NCBI RefSeq assembly: GCF_964194025.1
Contig: NC_134482.1
Span: 7,688,001-7,752,000, forward strand
Source of the DNA: Convolutriloba macropyga
Lineage: Eukaryota
Direction: 5' to 3'
DNA: 64,000 nt
The notes below the pieces were generated by a model. The model searched no databases. It was not told the DNA's origin and was given only the letters and a program-made list of their open reading frames with translations. Position 1 is the first letter of the stretch. Each line of letters starts with the position of its first letter. Positions 11,758 to 25,400 of this stretch are shown here, piece after piece. The translations under genes were made by a program, and so were the position numbers.

Positions 11758-14700
11758 AGTGCTTGAATGACAACGGAAACACTACTTACGTGCCTTTGAA
11801 GAAAGTTAGCGAAGTTCAAGTCTTAAAAACCCAATGAAACAAAACAATTCAAGCGGAATCGCTAATTAAAGGACCAATAACAAAAGAACCGCTCAACAAT
11901 TATCGGATGGTGAAAGACTCAGCCGACTGTATGCCAGTTTTTCTCCTGATATCAACTGATATGAAAAAGCAATTTTTTAGCAAGAATGCCCAAGGATGTT
12001 CGATGGAAGGTTACAATGGCTTCTAAAAGAAGTCAAGCCATCAACTAACTGCCAATACTGAGGAAAACAAACTCAATTATTTATGTTTCTGTCATGGTTC
12101 AATATTGAGCAAATAGAAAAAACACCTAGAGTGGTAAAGAGACATTTTGGGAATTTTTTTTCTATTTTTGAACTTCAGAGACCTTTCGAGTTTCACCAGA
12201 AGCGTCCCTACTTATGTTAATGTTTCACTCTTTTTTTAAATAGATGTCGGACACAGGCAGTAAAGGATTTCACGATTTTCTGCGAATCTTTATACAATTG
12301 CCTGAAATGTGAATTCAAACACGAGTTAGTTTGTCTTTGACATGGATATGAACCGAAACTTCATTTGAATAATTGGAATAAAAAGTGATACGTTAATTGA
12401 AAATGAATTATTGAGCTTTTGAGGAGTTGCGATTTTCTACATTTCCTTCCTTTGAAACTTCAATTGAATAACTGGAATAAAAAAGATACGTTTAATGCAA
12501 ATGATTGATTGTGCTTTTGAGGACTTACGATTTTATGCATTTCGTCTAAAGACATTTGATTTTTTCGCCTACCTTTAATGGAATATAAAATAGAAGCGAC
12601 CATATAAGTCTCAGTGATTTTTAGTGAACTCGTGGCGCTCAACCAAACTAAGAATAAAAATTTCAAAAACAAACTCATTTTAAGTCAATTTCTAAGAAAT
12701 ACTAAACAACGGGACTTAAACAGCATGGATTGAAAGTTGATAAGCGAACGTAATTTAACTACCTATACACTTTATTAAGTAAACCTGTTGGCTGAAGTAA
12801 AAAAAAATTAGGTAACAACTCAGTGAGCGTCTCTATATATCAAATGCAGCTACTACTGCAACACATTCGCTCTCTAAAACAAAACTTTGATGAATTCTCA
12901 GCAACTTTGGAAACTATAAAGCAACCCGAGATTGTTTGTTTTAGTGAGACTTGGCTGAATCAAGATATTAGACCTGGTTTATAATAAATTGTAGGTTTCA
13001 ATTCATTGCGCTATACTAAAAGAACAAAGAGAGGGGAAGTTTTTGCGTCTCTTTACAGTACTAAGCTTAATCATTAATTGTTTTTTGTGAAACAGGAGGA
13101 CAACCTTCAAATTCAAACAACAAAAGTAACCTTAGAAAATAAGAAGAAACTTCATGTTACAGTTCTAAAGAGGACACCGAATAGCTCAATCTGCTCTTTT
13201 TTGAACATTGTGGAGCAATACTTGACGCATATATACATCAAGCAACCATCAAAACATTTAGTATGCGGTGATTTTAATATTCTTATATTGACTAAAAAAG
13301 AGACAACAAACGTTTAACTCGTTTTCTACAATGTTTTGACTTTCATTTATTAAATGAAAAGATACCTACCAGAATTACAAACAATTCAACCTCCTGTATT
13401 GACTTAGCCATTGCAAACTTGAAAACAGAAAGGAAAGTCGAACAATTAAAAAGTCAAGTGATCATTCCGCATTATTCATAGAACTAGATTTTCTGAGTTG
13501 CAAAAACTTTAATAACACCAAAAACCAAAATGAGAACATGGAACAAGTTAAATAAAATAAGTGTTGCTGGATGTAAACTACTGACAATGGAATAATTTTA
13601 TTGAAGCTGCGCCGGGCTTTAAATTCAACGAAATTGAGGAAAACTGGCAAAAACTTATTGGAATAATTAACAAACTCATTGGAAAATTTTTATATTGTCC
13701 CATCTACGAAATCTCAAAATGTAAACAGTTGAATAACTAGCAGAATTAGCAATGCGCTTTCAAAGAAAAAAAAATTTCTCCAGTAATACATTAAAAATCG
13801 AATTAGACTAGTGCAGAAAAATTTAAGAAGAAAAATGAATTTGTAAAAATAATGTACAGGGAGGCAAAATCCCAATATTATAATCACAAATTGAACTGCT
13901 CAAGAAATAAAAACTTCACAAATTTTTCAGTGTGATCAACGATTTAAAAGCCAAAGGCGCTAAAAAGGTTTCTGATTGCCCAACAGCAGACGATTTCAAA
14001 AAAATCTTCAGCACGATTGAAAAAATTTTGTCAGAAAATATGACAATGGTAATCACAATGAAATTCGTTGCTTTGACCTTACTTTACATCTAGAGATTTG
14101 CAATGCAGTAGAGGATTTCACAATTATTGCCAGCCTGAAAGAAAAAAAGTGCAGATATTTTTGAACACTGTGATTACCTTCTGAAGAAACTAAATCCTGC
14201 AATTTGTGAATGGATTGCAATGTTGGTAAACCAGTGTTTTCTGTCTGCCTACATTCCTAAAATTCTAAAAACAAGCAAAGTAATTCCTATATACAAAACG
14301 GGAAAAACAACGATGTGAATAACAATCGCACAATCTCTATCTATCCGGCACTGGCAAAAATTTTTGAAAAATCTCTTTTTTCCTGATTTACCGATTTCTA
14401 ACTAAATACAAATTATTAAACCTGATCAATTTGGATTCAGGAACAAAAGAAGTGGAACTGATGCTATTTTAGTCGTAACAGAGAAAATAAGAGCACTTTT
14501 GTCGGAAAGAAATTTTTCAAAATGAACATTAATAATTTATTTAACCAAATCTTTTAATACATTAGATCACAAAGATTTGCTTGCCAATTGTGAAAATAAC
14601 GGTTTGAGGGGAGTTATTGGAAACTAGTTACGCTCTTATTTAGAAAACAGAAAACATATTGTGGACTTGAATAGACAAGAATCTTCGATAGAATTAGTAA

Positions 14701-17442
14701 GCACTGGGGTTCCCCAGGGTAGTGTACTAGGTCCTCTCTTATTTCTCTTTTATGTCAATGATCTGAAAGTAGATGAGAAAAACTCTAATTTGACTCTTTT
14801 TGCTGACGATTGTAACTTGGTTCACAATGACATCTTAGCCGGAGGCAACAAAGGTTTAAATATGAAAATAAAATTTGGGTTCAAAAACAACAGACTAACA
14901 CTAAACAGCGACAAAACTGTTATAATTTTTTTTTCGAATCAAATTGCTCAAAACGGAAAAAATTTGTTGACTGAAAAATTTGCGAAAAAAAGCAGATACC
15001 TTGGAATGGAAACTGACAATCTACTGATATTTGATATACACTGCAAAAACTTGCTAAGTTGTGCTTCTAAGGTAGCATCTATTACATATCATATGCGTGC
15101 ATTTTTCAACAGCAATCAGCTATACCAAGTTTATAGAACATACCTTCAACCAACTTATCAATATGGAGTTTTTATTTACGGCACCGCGAACAAATCACTT
15201 TTAGTCAATATTGAAAACCAACAAGAACTGATAATTCGAAACTCTTTCAAGCTTTAAAAATATGAAAGCCTGGCTAAGATTAAAGAGAAATTTAAAATCT
15301 GCTAACTTAGAGAACTACTTATCTATGAGTTGTTTAAGATGTTAATAAATTTCTGAGACGAGAGTCGGAATACTCCGATGTTAATTCTTTTATAACAGAA
15401 TAAGAAGGCTCAAATTTGCAAAACAGCACTAGTAGGCTGAAAATTTTTGAGAAACAGAGGAAAATTAACTTCGAATTATGAAAGAAAAATTGAGAATAGT
15501 GTACTTTTCAATAAATGTGTTCAGTTGGAAAAAAACAATTTGATAGCGTTATTGAGATGCAAAAAAGAGGGGCTGGATAAATTGCTGCACGATTTCCGGG
15601 ATTTGTATATATGTGATAATGATTATCTCTCAAGTTTATTCTGGTAGCATTTTTTCTCTATTCAAAACAAAAACTTTCAGAGCTTATTTTTAAGGCGATG
15701 AGGCCATAAATCAGAAGTCATGTTTTTCAACTTTTTGTAATCATCATTGCAATGAGACTCATGAATTGTTTGCTCAGGAGACATCACTCGAAGGACTATA
15801 TGTCTGCATGATGCTCTCTCAAGAAGTTGTAATATTTGCTAAATATATACTTTGACTTTATTTTCAGCCTTTTGAATAAAAATATTATTATTAATATTAA
15901 TATTATTATTATTAATTTTAATTGCCTGCAACGGGATCCAGGATTCTGTACTGATGCAGAGTGACAAAAGAGCATATTTTCGTCAACTATGTCCAGTAAA
16001 ATCCCGTAGACGATTATTCAGAAAATTGACTGAACATGATGTTTTGAGTATCTCAGTATGTTCAGAGACAGTCCAGGTGAAAAGAAAATTTCGAACGAAA
16101 ATTTAAAGGTTTGGATAATGCACAATGCTTTATAAGAGCATATCTCTGCGCTTATTCCAGTTAATACCCGTTATAGTTCTCGTTATAATACCCCGATATA
16201 TTACAAGTTAAAATAGCAATTTTGATGAAATCTTTCTTGCGAATGTCTAAAAAGTTTTTTGTCCATAGTAGATAACAATTTTTCTGAAGGTTAACTGCGG
16301 AATTTGTGAAGAAAATTCATTACGTTCAAGGTAATCACAGAATTGATCCCCATTCTTTTCATAAGATGTTCAGGACTATAATCTGAATTTTACCATGAAA
16401 TGTCGCAGAAAATCCCCTGATCAGATCCCTGCTCATAGAGAAAACTAGAATGAAAGTTTCATGATTCATTACTGATATATGATGACGCTCAACTCCGGGA
16501 TGCGAGCAAGAATTCTTTTCCTGATTAAAAGGTACTTCTATTAGATCCATAAACCTTTAAGTCGCTATCAGCTGGTAACAATTGTAGGCCGAGTGAAAAC
16601 AATTCTAATAGTAATTAATCCCACCGAGCTCACTGAGCATATGATATTACCTGTTGCCTAGTAACATGCTATAAAAACGAATAAATTTTGTAAGTGTGAG
16701 GCATAAAAAAACTGGTTGAATTTGGTCAGACAGAATAGAACCTAATTTTTTTTAAACATATCTTTCATAGCAGCAGTAGTTATTCCACATGTTTACAAAA
16801 GGATAAAATTAGAGTAGATACGCTTAGATTTGAGTTTCATGAAATAATCATTTTTAATCGAAACTGGAACCCGGCACTGGTGGTCAAGCGACTGATTTGT
16901 CTTCGGTTACCACAGCTCAAGAAAGGTAGGAAAAAAGAAATCTTCTTCAATCAGCGGCCTAATATTCTTGTAGATTCATTATGACGGTGTTGCAACACAT
17001 GGAATTACGTTGCATTATATATTCAATTTTATCAGTTTAGCAAATAAAGCTCAAAAAGAAGGCAAGTAGTATCAATGTACTTCAAAAAATTGTTTCTTTT
17101 TTCTAAACCTAACAAATAGTTTTCGAAATTGTTAGTTCTTTTGTACTTTTCGTTTTCAAAACCAAATGGATGAATTTTTTTGCAAGAATTGTAAATGAGT
17201 TTTGGAAGGAAATTCTAATTTTTGATTTAAAAAAACTGCTCTCAGAAAACCATTTTGATGGAAATACGAACATAATGTTTGATTAAAGTTAAATCCCGTA
17301 AATGAAAAAGGAAGAGAACTCTACTCTTCGTACCGCTCTTGGCAAGAGTTTAGTTAGTTTCGAACCACCTATTTTCGCTTCGTTTTTAGCCCAATATACT
17401 TGCAACCGTGCATTTATTACTTAATTAATAATTACCAAAAAT

Positions 17443-17949
17443 TGCCGTTTACGCTGACCTTACGATAAAAGATTAAGTTGATTCGCGGCGCTAATCAGGC
17501 AATTTAAACGGCACTTCTGTTTCGCGGGCGGGGCGAATTATGCTTACTGAACTTATGAGTGATGCTCGGCCATTTATTGACAGTGCTGCTTCGCTTAGAG
17601 AAACATGCCTTAAAAAAGTTTGAGCACTGAGCTACATTGCGGTGAGATTTGGACAACATGAAAGCAGGTTTAAATTTGTAGTGAAGACTAGGGTTGCTCA
17701 AACCAGAATGATCAACACTAATAACAACATTAGGGAAGCGCACATGAAGTGAATAGAAATATGAGCAAATATTTTTGTTTACAGCAAAGTATGAACATAC
17801 TCTAATAGTAAAACTGTTGAAAATGAACAATGTTTGAATAAAAGTTGACGCAGACATGAACAAATTTACAGTAGAAGGTAACTGACCTTTAAATTATAAT
17901 GATGAATAAGGATGATTAAATATCGCATTGATGGTTACTGCATGCCACA
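17443..17949 (-). repeat. Gypsy 2 3' LTR
   Basis: Starts TGTGGC after the PPT and ends ...CGGCA. Homologous to 34674-35199. Confidence 0.8.
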
Positions 17950-18084
17950 TTTCCTCCATTGCATACGAAAATTGAGAAATGCTGAATTTTTTATATTAAT
18001 GGGGCAATTTGACAGAAAAGTAAATAAAATTGTGTACTTATTATCTTAATAATAGATTTTCTGGTAAAAAGTGTTTTGTTTTAT

Positions 18085-20104
18085 CCCTGGTGATCGATAA
18101 ATTTAAAATCTTGCAAGAATCTTGCAAGAAATCTTGCAAGGGAATGCATAGTTCTTCCATTTTGCTTGCAAGATTCTTGCAAGAATTGAATCCATCTTGC
18201 AAGATTCTTGCAAGATTTTAAATCCATCTTGCAAGAATCTTGCAAGATTTTGAATCCATCTTGCAAGAATCTTGCAAGATTTTGAATTTAAATTTACCTT
18301 TTTGTCCTGGTTACCTGGCTGCTTTTTTGCTGTTGGTTGAGCTGAAATAGTTAATCAAATGTCGGAAAATCTTCTGAAGCCAAGTTAAAACCTGACTTTT
18401 TCGAGATTTTCCAGTATAATTTTTGTGGTTCATCCCTCCTCCTTTTTCATTCCGGGCTGGGGACCGGCAGTGGCGGAGTTACTGAAATAAGCTATAGGAG
18501 TACTGATTTAGTACGGCAAAAAAACCGCACTTACACAGTTCTCCGAAACAAACAAAACGACTAAACCAGACTAGACCTATTTTTAAGATTCGTTATTTGC
18601 GAAATTCGCAAATTTCCGTATGAAATACTAACTTTTTTCCTAGGCAAGCTATACCAAAAATTCTTTTTGCACTACAACCTACATACTACTGGTAGTCTGG
18701 GATATCAATTTGGTTCGCTTTGAACAACTCCTTGACCCGACGAAATAGACCTATTTTTAAAATTATTTATTCGAAATAATAGCAAATTTCCGTATGAAAA
18801 ACTAACTTTTTTCCTAGGCAAGCTATACCAAAAATTCTTTTTGCACTACAACCTACATACTACTGGTAGTCTGGGATATCAATTTGGTTCGCTTTGAACA
18901 ACTCCTTGACCCGACGAAAAAGACCTATTTTTAAAATTCGTTATTTGCGAAATTCGCAAATTTCCGTGTGAAAAACTAACTTTTTTGCTAGGCAAGCTAT
19001 GCCGAAAATTCTTTTTGTTTTACAATCTAGTTACCCATGGGATACTCGATACCGAGTTTGGTTAGATTTGAACAACTCCTTGACCCGACGAAATAGACCT
19101 ATTTTTAAAATTATTTATTCGAAATAATAGCAAATTTCCGTATGAAAAACTAACTTTTTTCCTAGGCAAGCTATACCAAAAATTCTTTTTGCACTACAAC
19201 CTACATACTACTGGTAGTCTGGGATATCAATTTGATGTTTGATTTACTAGAAAGTTGAGTTCAATTTTGTTTAGATGATGACTAAACTATAAATCGAATG
19301 AAAGAAGAACAAAAAATGGAACTTCAAAAACACACGAATATTTTTTGAGTGAAAAAACTTCAAGGACATTAACACCAATAGCTATCAACTGAAGGATTCA
19401 TATCCGTTTATTAGGATCTCAATAGGAAAATATTTAGACCGCACCATAAATAATCGGAATTTTTTAACGACAACAAAAACATTCTATATTACCAATATGA
19501 TCAGTAACAAAAAAAATTCCAAAAAATGTTTGTTTCTCTAAAAATAATTATTTTTAATAAAAAATGAGAAAAAGGTTGAAAGTGTTTTCGCCTTTAATTA
19601 GGTAAATTGACCTTTAAAAAGACGGATTTGATTGCCTCGAGTTGTCTCTAGTTATTTGTCGGAAATTTGTTTTTGAATTCAAAATCTTGCAAGAAACTTG
19701 CAAGATTCTTGCAAGATTTCACATTCAAAAGGCGTGTTCAAAAAAAGTCAAATAAGTTCAGTTTTGCTGATCAAGAATACTGATATCAGTCATGATATTT
19801 GGTTTTCAGTTAGTTTTAGCGACCAAAAACACATAAATATTTTTTCCGGAATTCAAAATCTTGCAAGATTCTTGCAAGATTCTTGCAAGATTTTGAATCC
19901 TGGCTAATTTTTTTTTTCATTGAATTAGGCTTCGTAACTTGTTCAGTAAACAAAAACTTGCTTCAAAGATGTTTCCTAAAACACTTGTACCCAGATTTAT
20001 TTTTTGGCCTTGATTGATATCTTGCAAGATTCTTGCAAGAATCTTGCAAGTTTTGAATCATCTTGCAAGATTCTTGCAAGATTTGAATCCGCGCATCACT
20101 AGGG
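18085..20104. mobile_element. Non-autonomous CACTA-type element, family 2
   Basis: TIR CCCTGGTGAT / ATCACTAGGG, 2-bp TSD AT, subterminal arrays of the palindrome TCTTGCAAGA at both ends. Confidence 0.8.
18574..19234. repeat. 174-bp tandem repeat, ~3.8 copies
   Basis: Unit starts GACCTATTTTTAA at 18574, 18748, 18922 and 19096. Confidence 0.95.
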
Positions 20105-21475
20105 ATAATATTTGTTTAAAATTTTTCTGGGGCTATCCTAGTCGGAGACCAATTCGGCCTCATGCGCTGTGCGAATTCGTGCGGGGCAACTTTGTGGGAG
20201 ATGTAGTTTTGAGTTATTGGTGCGAATCGCCAAGAGATTACAACCAACTCTGAGTGTGTCTCTTGTGGAGGATTTTGCCCCGCGAGTGATTATATTCCTA
20301 CTATGAAAGGGGCGTAGTTCCAATGCGGATGTGCTGCTTTGTGCGATCGTAGTTGATTCATTCGATTTTTGCACACTTTTTTTATTTCCTTGGGGACGTC
20401 TAATCGTGCTGGGTAGGAAACCGCTGACGTGTTGGTACCATTTCCGTTTCTTCAACGTTTGATGCCTGACGGCTCGTGTTGTTCAGTCGGTTTTGTGATT
20501 TTAAGCGCTTTCTTACTTTTGATTGGCGACGGCGGTTCTGGTGGAGGTCGTACGGGTTTCACGGGCATGCGGACTCGTAATGCCTGTGAGACGTTCGATT
20601 TACATCGTCAGGCTGGGAGCGTCGGCCAATTTTCTGGCCCTTTTCTGTCTTCTGTCCGCTGACAATTGCATGTTTCGATATTTTGTATTCTGTTATTTTC
20701 ACGGTAGGTGTTTTCGGACGATGTTCTCCGTGTGGCAGCAATGGTGTGTCTTTTTCGGCTTTTAAGCCGATTTTGGCCACGTCCAAATTTTCCCACCGTT
20801 AATGGCATTTTTCCTGGCCCTATCATGACGTATCTTAGGCCATCGCCTTTGATCAACGTCGAACCCGGTTCTAGGACCTCGCACAGTTCTTCGCCGGTAC
20901 TTTCTTTTTGAGTTTTAGCTGGACCAAGTCCTCCGTACGTGGAGTTGTTCTGCTCTGTCCTTCCCCGAGTAGCAGTCTCAATTCGCTCTGCCGATCATTT
21001 GGTTCCGTTCGATAGAGTCTTTTATCGCATTGGTCCTGTCGGTCTCTATTTCAATATCGCTTCGGTCATGCTCGTCCCACTTACTGACAGGTATGAAATG
21101 TTCCAATTCACCGCGCACTGGTCTAAATATTTTAAGTGACTCTTTCATAAAAAAATTTGTCATATTAGGTTTGCTACTTATGTCACTAGGAGGAGTACTT
21201 GGACGTCTTCCGAAATGTTCTTCGAATTGGGAGATTTTTTGCGTTTTCTTTTTCTGCTAGCAATTGCATAATTGGTAATTTATTGAGTTTATTGAGCTTT
21301 TCATGTTGAATTTTGTTTTTGATGCGTTTTCTATACAATCTAGACAACGCTTGGTGTCTTTTATTAGACGCTCAACTAAGCGCACTGCCCTGTGATCAAT
21401 AATTGACGCCGCAATTAAATCAATATTTTTTTGTTATATACTAATAAAAGTTACAAAAATATAAACAATAGTTCA

Positions 21476-21715
21476 TATAGACTTCATATACTAATAATAG
21501 TTACATAAATATAAATGTTGAACACAATGAACGGTATGAATATACTAATAATATGAATAGACTTCATATACTAATAATAGTTACATAAATTTAAATGTTG
21601 AACACAATGAACGGTATGAATATACTAATAATATGAATAGACTTCATATACTAATAAAAGTTACATAAATTTAAATTATGAACACAATGAACAGACAAAC
21701 TGGCTTCGATAAATC
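21476..21715. repeat. ~79-bp tandem repeat derived from BEL LTR sequence
   Basis: Three copies of gacttcatatactaata..gaacacaatgaac. The same sequence lies in the LTR at ~23879-23935. Confidence 0.85.
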
Positions 21716-22429
21716 AATATTATTTTGTTAACAAAAATTGCTAATTTGTTTGCCTACCTGGGTTCTATCTCGAAAGAAGCGTCGTGGAAAGCTATGTAGT
21801 AGAATATAAATTTGGAGCAACGTTTGAACATTATTTCCGTTTGCGTGTTCGATTAATTCCGCTGAAGGGAGTTTAAAATTTTTACTAAATTATTTACCAA
21901 CATATTTCACTAAAACTAGCTGACCAATTTTGGTATCTTTTTGTCGCTCTCAGCTCAATAGATTGTATCGTTGAAAGTAATAGTAGAATTGGCTTAGTCA
22001 ATGGAGAATGTGTGGCAATACTCATTTATTGATAGTAGAGCCGGTTTGAGTTCCAGTCTAATTTTGACTTCATATACTAACCATCGTTACATAAATATAA
22101 ATGTTGAACAAAATGAACAGACAATCTGGCTTCGATAAATCAACATTATTTTGTTAGCAAAAATTGCTAATTTGTTTGCCTACCCGGGTTGTAGCTCGAA
22201 AAAAGCATCGTGGAAAGTAATGTAGAAGAATATAATTTTGGAGCAAAGTTTGGATATTATTTCCGTTTGCGTGTTCGATTATTTCCGCTGATGGAAGTTT
22301 AAAAAATTTACTAAATTATTTACCTCTTGAACTTTTTCATTGTATATTCGACCACCGAGAGTTATCTGCTCTTCTTCATTTGGATCACCACAAGGAATTA
22401 TGGGCGGACATTTAGCGAAGAGAAAAACA

Positions 22430-25400
22430 TGTTATAGGTTTTTACCCCTTTTGATACAAGGTGCACACTTGGATGTTTTTGACAGAAGGAATCGGTTCAT
22501 TTATGTCCATCAGTCATGGATGGCCAAGTCGATAATTCCCAGCTTCCCGAGTGCGTACTATGGATGCCGTAAAAAATGCATCGTTAATGCATGGGGAATT
22601 GCGAGTCGGTCATCAATGGAAAAACATCCTAATTTTACGTTGTGTTGTTTCCTCTATAAACGGGCTTGTTTGCTTCCATCTTTCCTCATTACTAGCAGGC
22701 ACGCAGTCTCCTGCTTCCTTTATTAGTGCGTCCTTTGTGGTCAAGCTGGCTAGTGGTCTTTATGTGGAAACTTTGATAAGCGCAATGTTAAGGCGTCCAA
22801 GCAATTTTTTTTTTCAATTTTGTGCTTTTTCTGGGTTGTATGTGGCGTCTGTTGATGGTGTATCTGGTTTTACTTGCCTGTCTCTCAATTTCTTCATCAA
22901 ATCTTACTCTTATTGGAGTATTTTCGTGATCTTTGGCATTCCGAATAGAATTATGACTCGGTTAGTGTTTCGTTCAACTTTTGCAGCTTGTTACACTTAC
23001 TTGATTGTAGAGAGAAAAATAGTGTTTAATTGATTTTGTTAAAGAATTTATATTAAACTAACGAAACTATTCACTTCCAGCGAGGAGTTCAATGATTTTG
23101 CTTTTGCGCCTTATATTGTTGCTGCATGAATCTCTTTTAAATCACTATTTTGCGTCGCCATTGAAGGATTCTGAGTGATATTTAAAATATTTGTGTTAAG
23201 TGACTGAGTTTTCCGGTTGAGTCGACTTGTGTAACGGCTGCTATTCTATCAAAGACAAGGCAAACTTTACACCGCCCAGTTTATTTCGGCGGTTTCAAAT
23301 CTGTCAGGATAATATATTTTTGCTTTTAATTTTTGTGAACGGTCTTTTGAGTTATATTAGGAATTCTGTTCTTAAGAAACAAATAATGTTGATATCAAAG
23401 TTAAGTCTCTTTTTCAAAATTAGGTCTAAACTGCACAATAAGTTATATAATTTAAAGAGGCAAAACACGTTAACAAGTAATTTAGCGCTCAAGAAATGTG
23501 CTTCAAACTTTGTGTCAGTTTAAAACGAATTTCGACTGTGATCAACTTGAACTAGTATTTTTTCAAGCTCAATTTTCATCCTGTTTACATGTGAAAATTG
23601 CATCATTGATTGGTTGTAAGAAACGTTTTCTTCAGATTGTTTGAATTCACAGAGTTTGGCGTTCGGGATACCGTACAGGGCACCCCGTGCTCTGTGAATT
23701 TGTTGGAAAATTGCAAAAAATCACTACAACTAGCTTACCAATTTTGGTTTCTTTATGTCCCTCTCAGCTCAATAGCTTGCAACGTTGTAAGTAATAATAG
23801 AATTGGCTTAGTCAGTGGAGAAAGTGGGCGATACTGATTTATTGATAGTAGAGCCGGTTTGAGTTCAAGTTAAATTTTGACTTCATATACTAATTATAGT
23901 TACATGAATATAAATGTTGAACACAATGAACAGACAATCTGGCTTCGATAAAGTGTACCATTAGGTTTTGATTGTCAAGCTTTTCTAATTTCACTGCTCA
24001 ATCTGGCCTTGAAATATTGTTCCATTTTGTTATTCAATGTGTTAAGGTTGGCCGCTACATCGCCGGCGTTTTTTTTTCGTGAAATCAGTACTCCCATTCT
24101 GTAGTACAACGGCGAGCTTCACTACTGGTTTCTTCAAAACTCCTTTTTTCGTTCGAAATTCCACTGACAGAATCAAACCGTCAGACCTTCGATAGTCTTC
24201 GTAATTCCAACCAGATTGTAGTGTCGTCGTTTGTCAGTATCTCCGACCAACCATACGGGATTGCCTTTGTTAACGTTTTCGTTCGTTGTAGATCTCTATT
24301 TTCGCCGATTATTCAAAGTTTGCAAGTACTCTTTACGAAATCTATCCCATACGAGACTTGCATATGCTTGAGAATATTGGACGTCAATGCCTCAAAGTCA
24401 TTAAGATGTGAACTGGCTGGAGACAACGGTCTTGCGTTCAACGATTATTCCAAACTGCACATTGTGGTTGAGAAAACGTCATCGGTGACTGATTTGTTCA
24501 CCAACACAGCATACATAGCGATTTTGCAACTTCTAATCAGTCGCTCTCATACTCCTCTAAATTAAGGCGCGGCGGGTTGGGTGAACCTCCATCTGATTCC
24601 TTGTCCAATCAGATTTTCCTCGATCCTTTCTTTGTTCCATGCCGCAACGTACTCTGCAAACTCTCGTTCAGCCTCAACAAAATTTGTTTCGTTGTCACTA
24701 ATGATTGTACTTGGTATGCCTCTTCGTGCAGTGAATCTCGTAATTGCCTTGGGACAACTTTCTGTGTCTAACTTAAAAACCATTTCTTCATGCACCGCTC
24801 TAACATTTAGACAGGTGAACAAAACAAAAAACCCACCATTCGTTTTTGTTCCTTTGCCCGGTGTTTGCAATCAAAGTGCTATAGTAATTCACTCTAACAA
24901 TTGCAAAAAGAGTTGAGGCTTCTATTTTTTATCAATGTAAATCGGCTATTACTGGTAACACCTTTTGCGCTCTCGTCTTTCTGTCTTTTCTTTGTGCCCT
25001 TTCTGTTCTCGCTGTTATAGTTTTTTACCTCTATTGATACAAGGTGCACACTTGGAGGTTTTTGACAGTAGGTATCGGTTCATTTATAGCCAACAGTCAT
25101 GGATGGCCAGGTCGATAATTCCCAGCTTCCTGAGTGCGTACTATGGATGCCGTAAATAAATGCATCGTTAATGCATGGGGAATTGCGATTCAGTCATCAA
25201 TGGAAAGACACCCTAATTTTACGTTGTGTTCCCCCTATAAACGGGCTTGTTTGTTTCCATCTTTCCTCATTACTAGCAAGCACGCAGTCTCTTGCTTCCT
25301 TTATTAATGCGTCCTTTGTGGTCAAGCTGGCTAGTAGTCTTTATGTGAAAACTTTGATAAGTGCAAGGTTAAGGCGTCCACGCAATTTTTTTTCTGGGTT

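Larger units (their letters stand above)
8469..15915 (+). mobile_element. Degenerate LINE B (CR1/L2 group): ORF1 interrupted at ~9032, ORF2 APE-RT 12843-15647, (TAT)n tail
   Basis: ORF1-like coiled coil plus RRM/CTD segment (8666-9032, resuming ~11756). ORF2 start MQLLLQHIRSL..FSETWL, CGDFNI, GVPQGSVLGPLLFLFYVND, FADD. AATAAA near 15875 then (TAT)n. Many stops and frameshifts. Confidence 0.85.
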
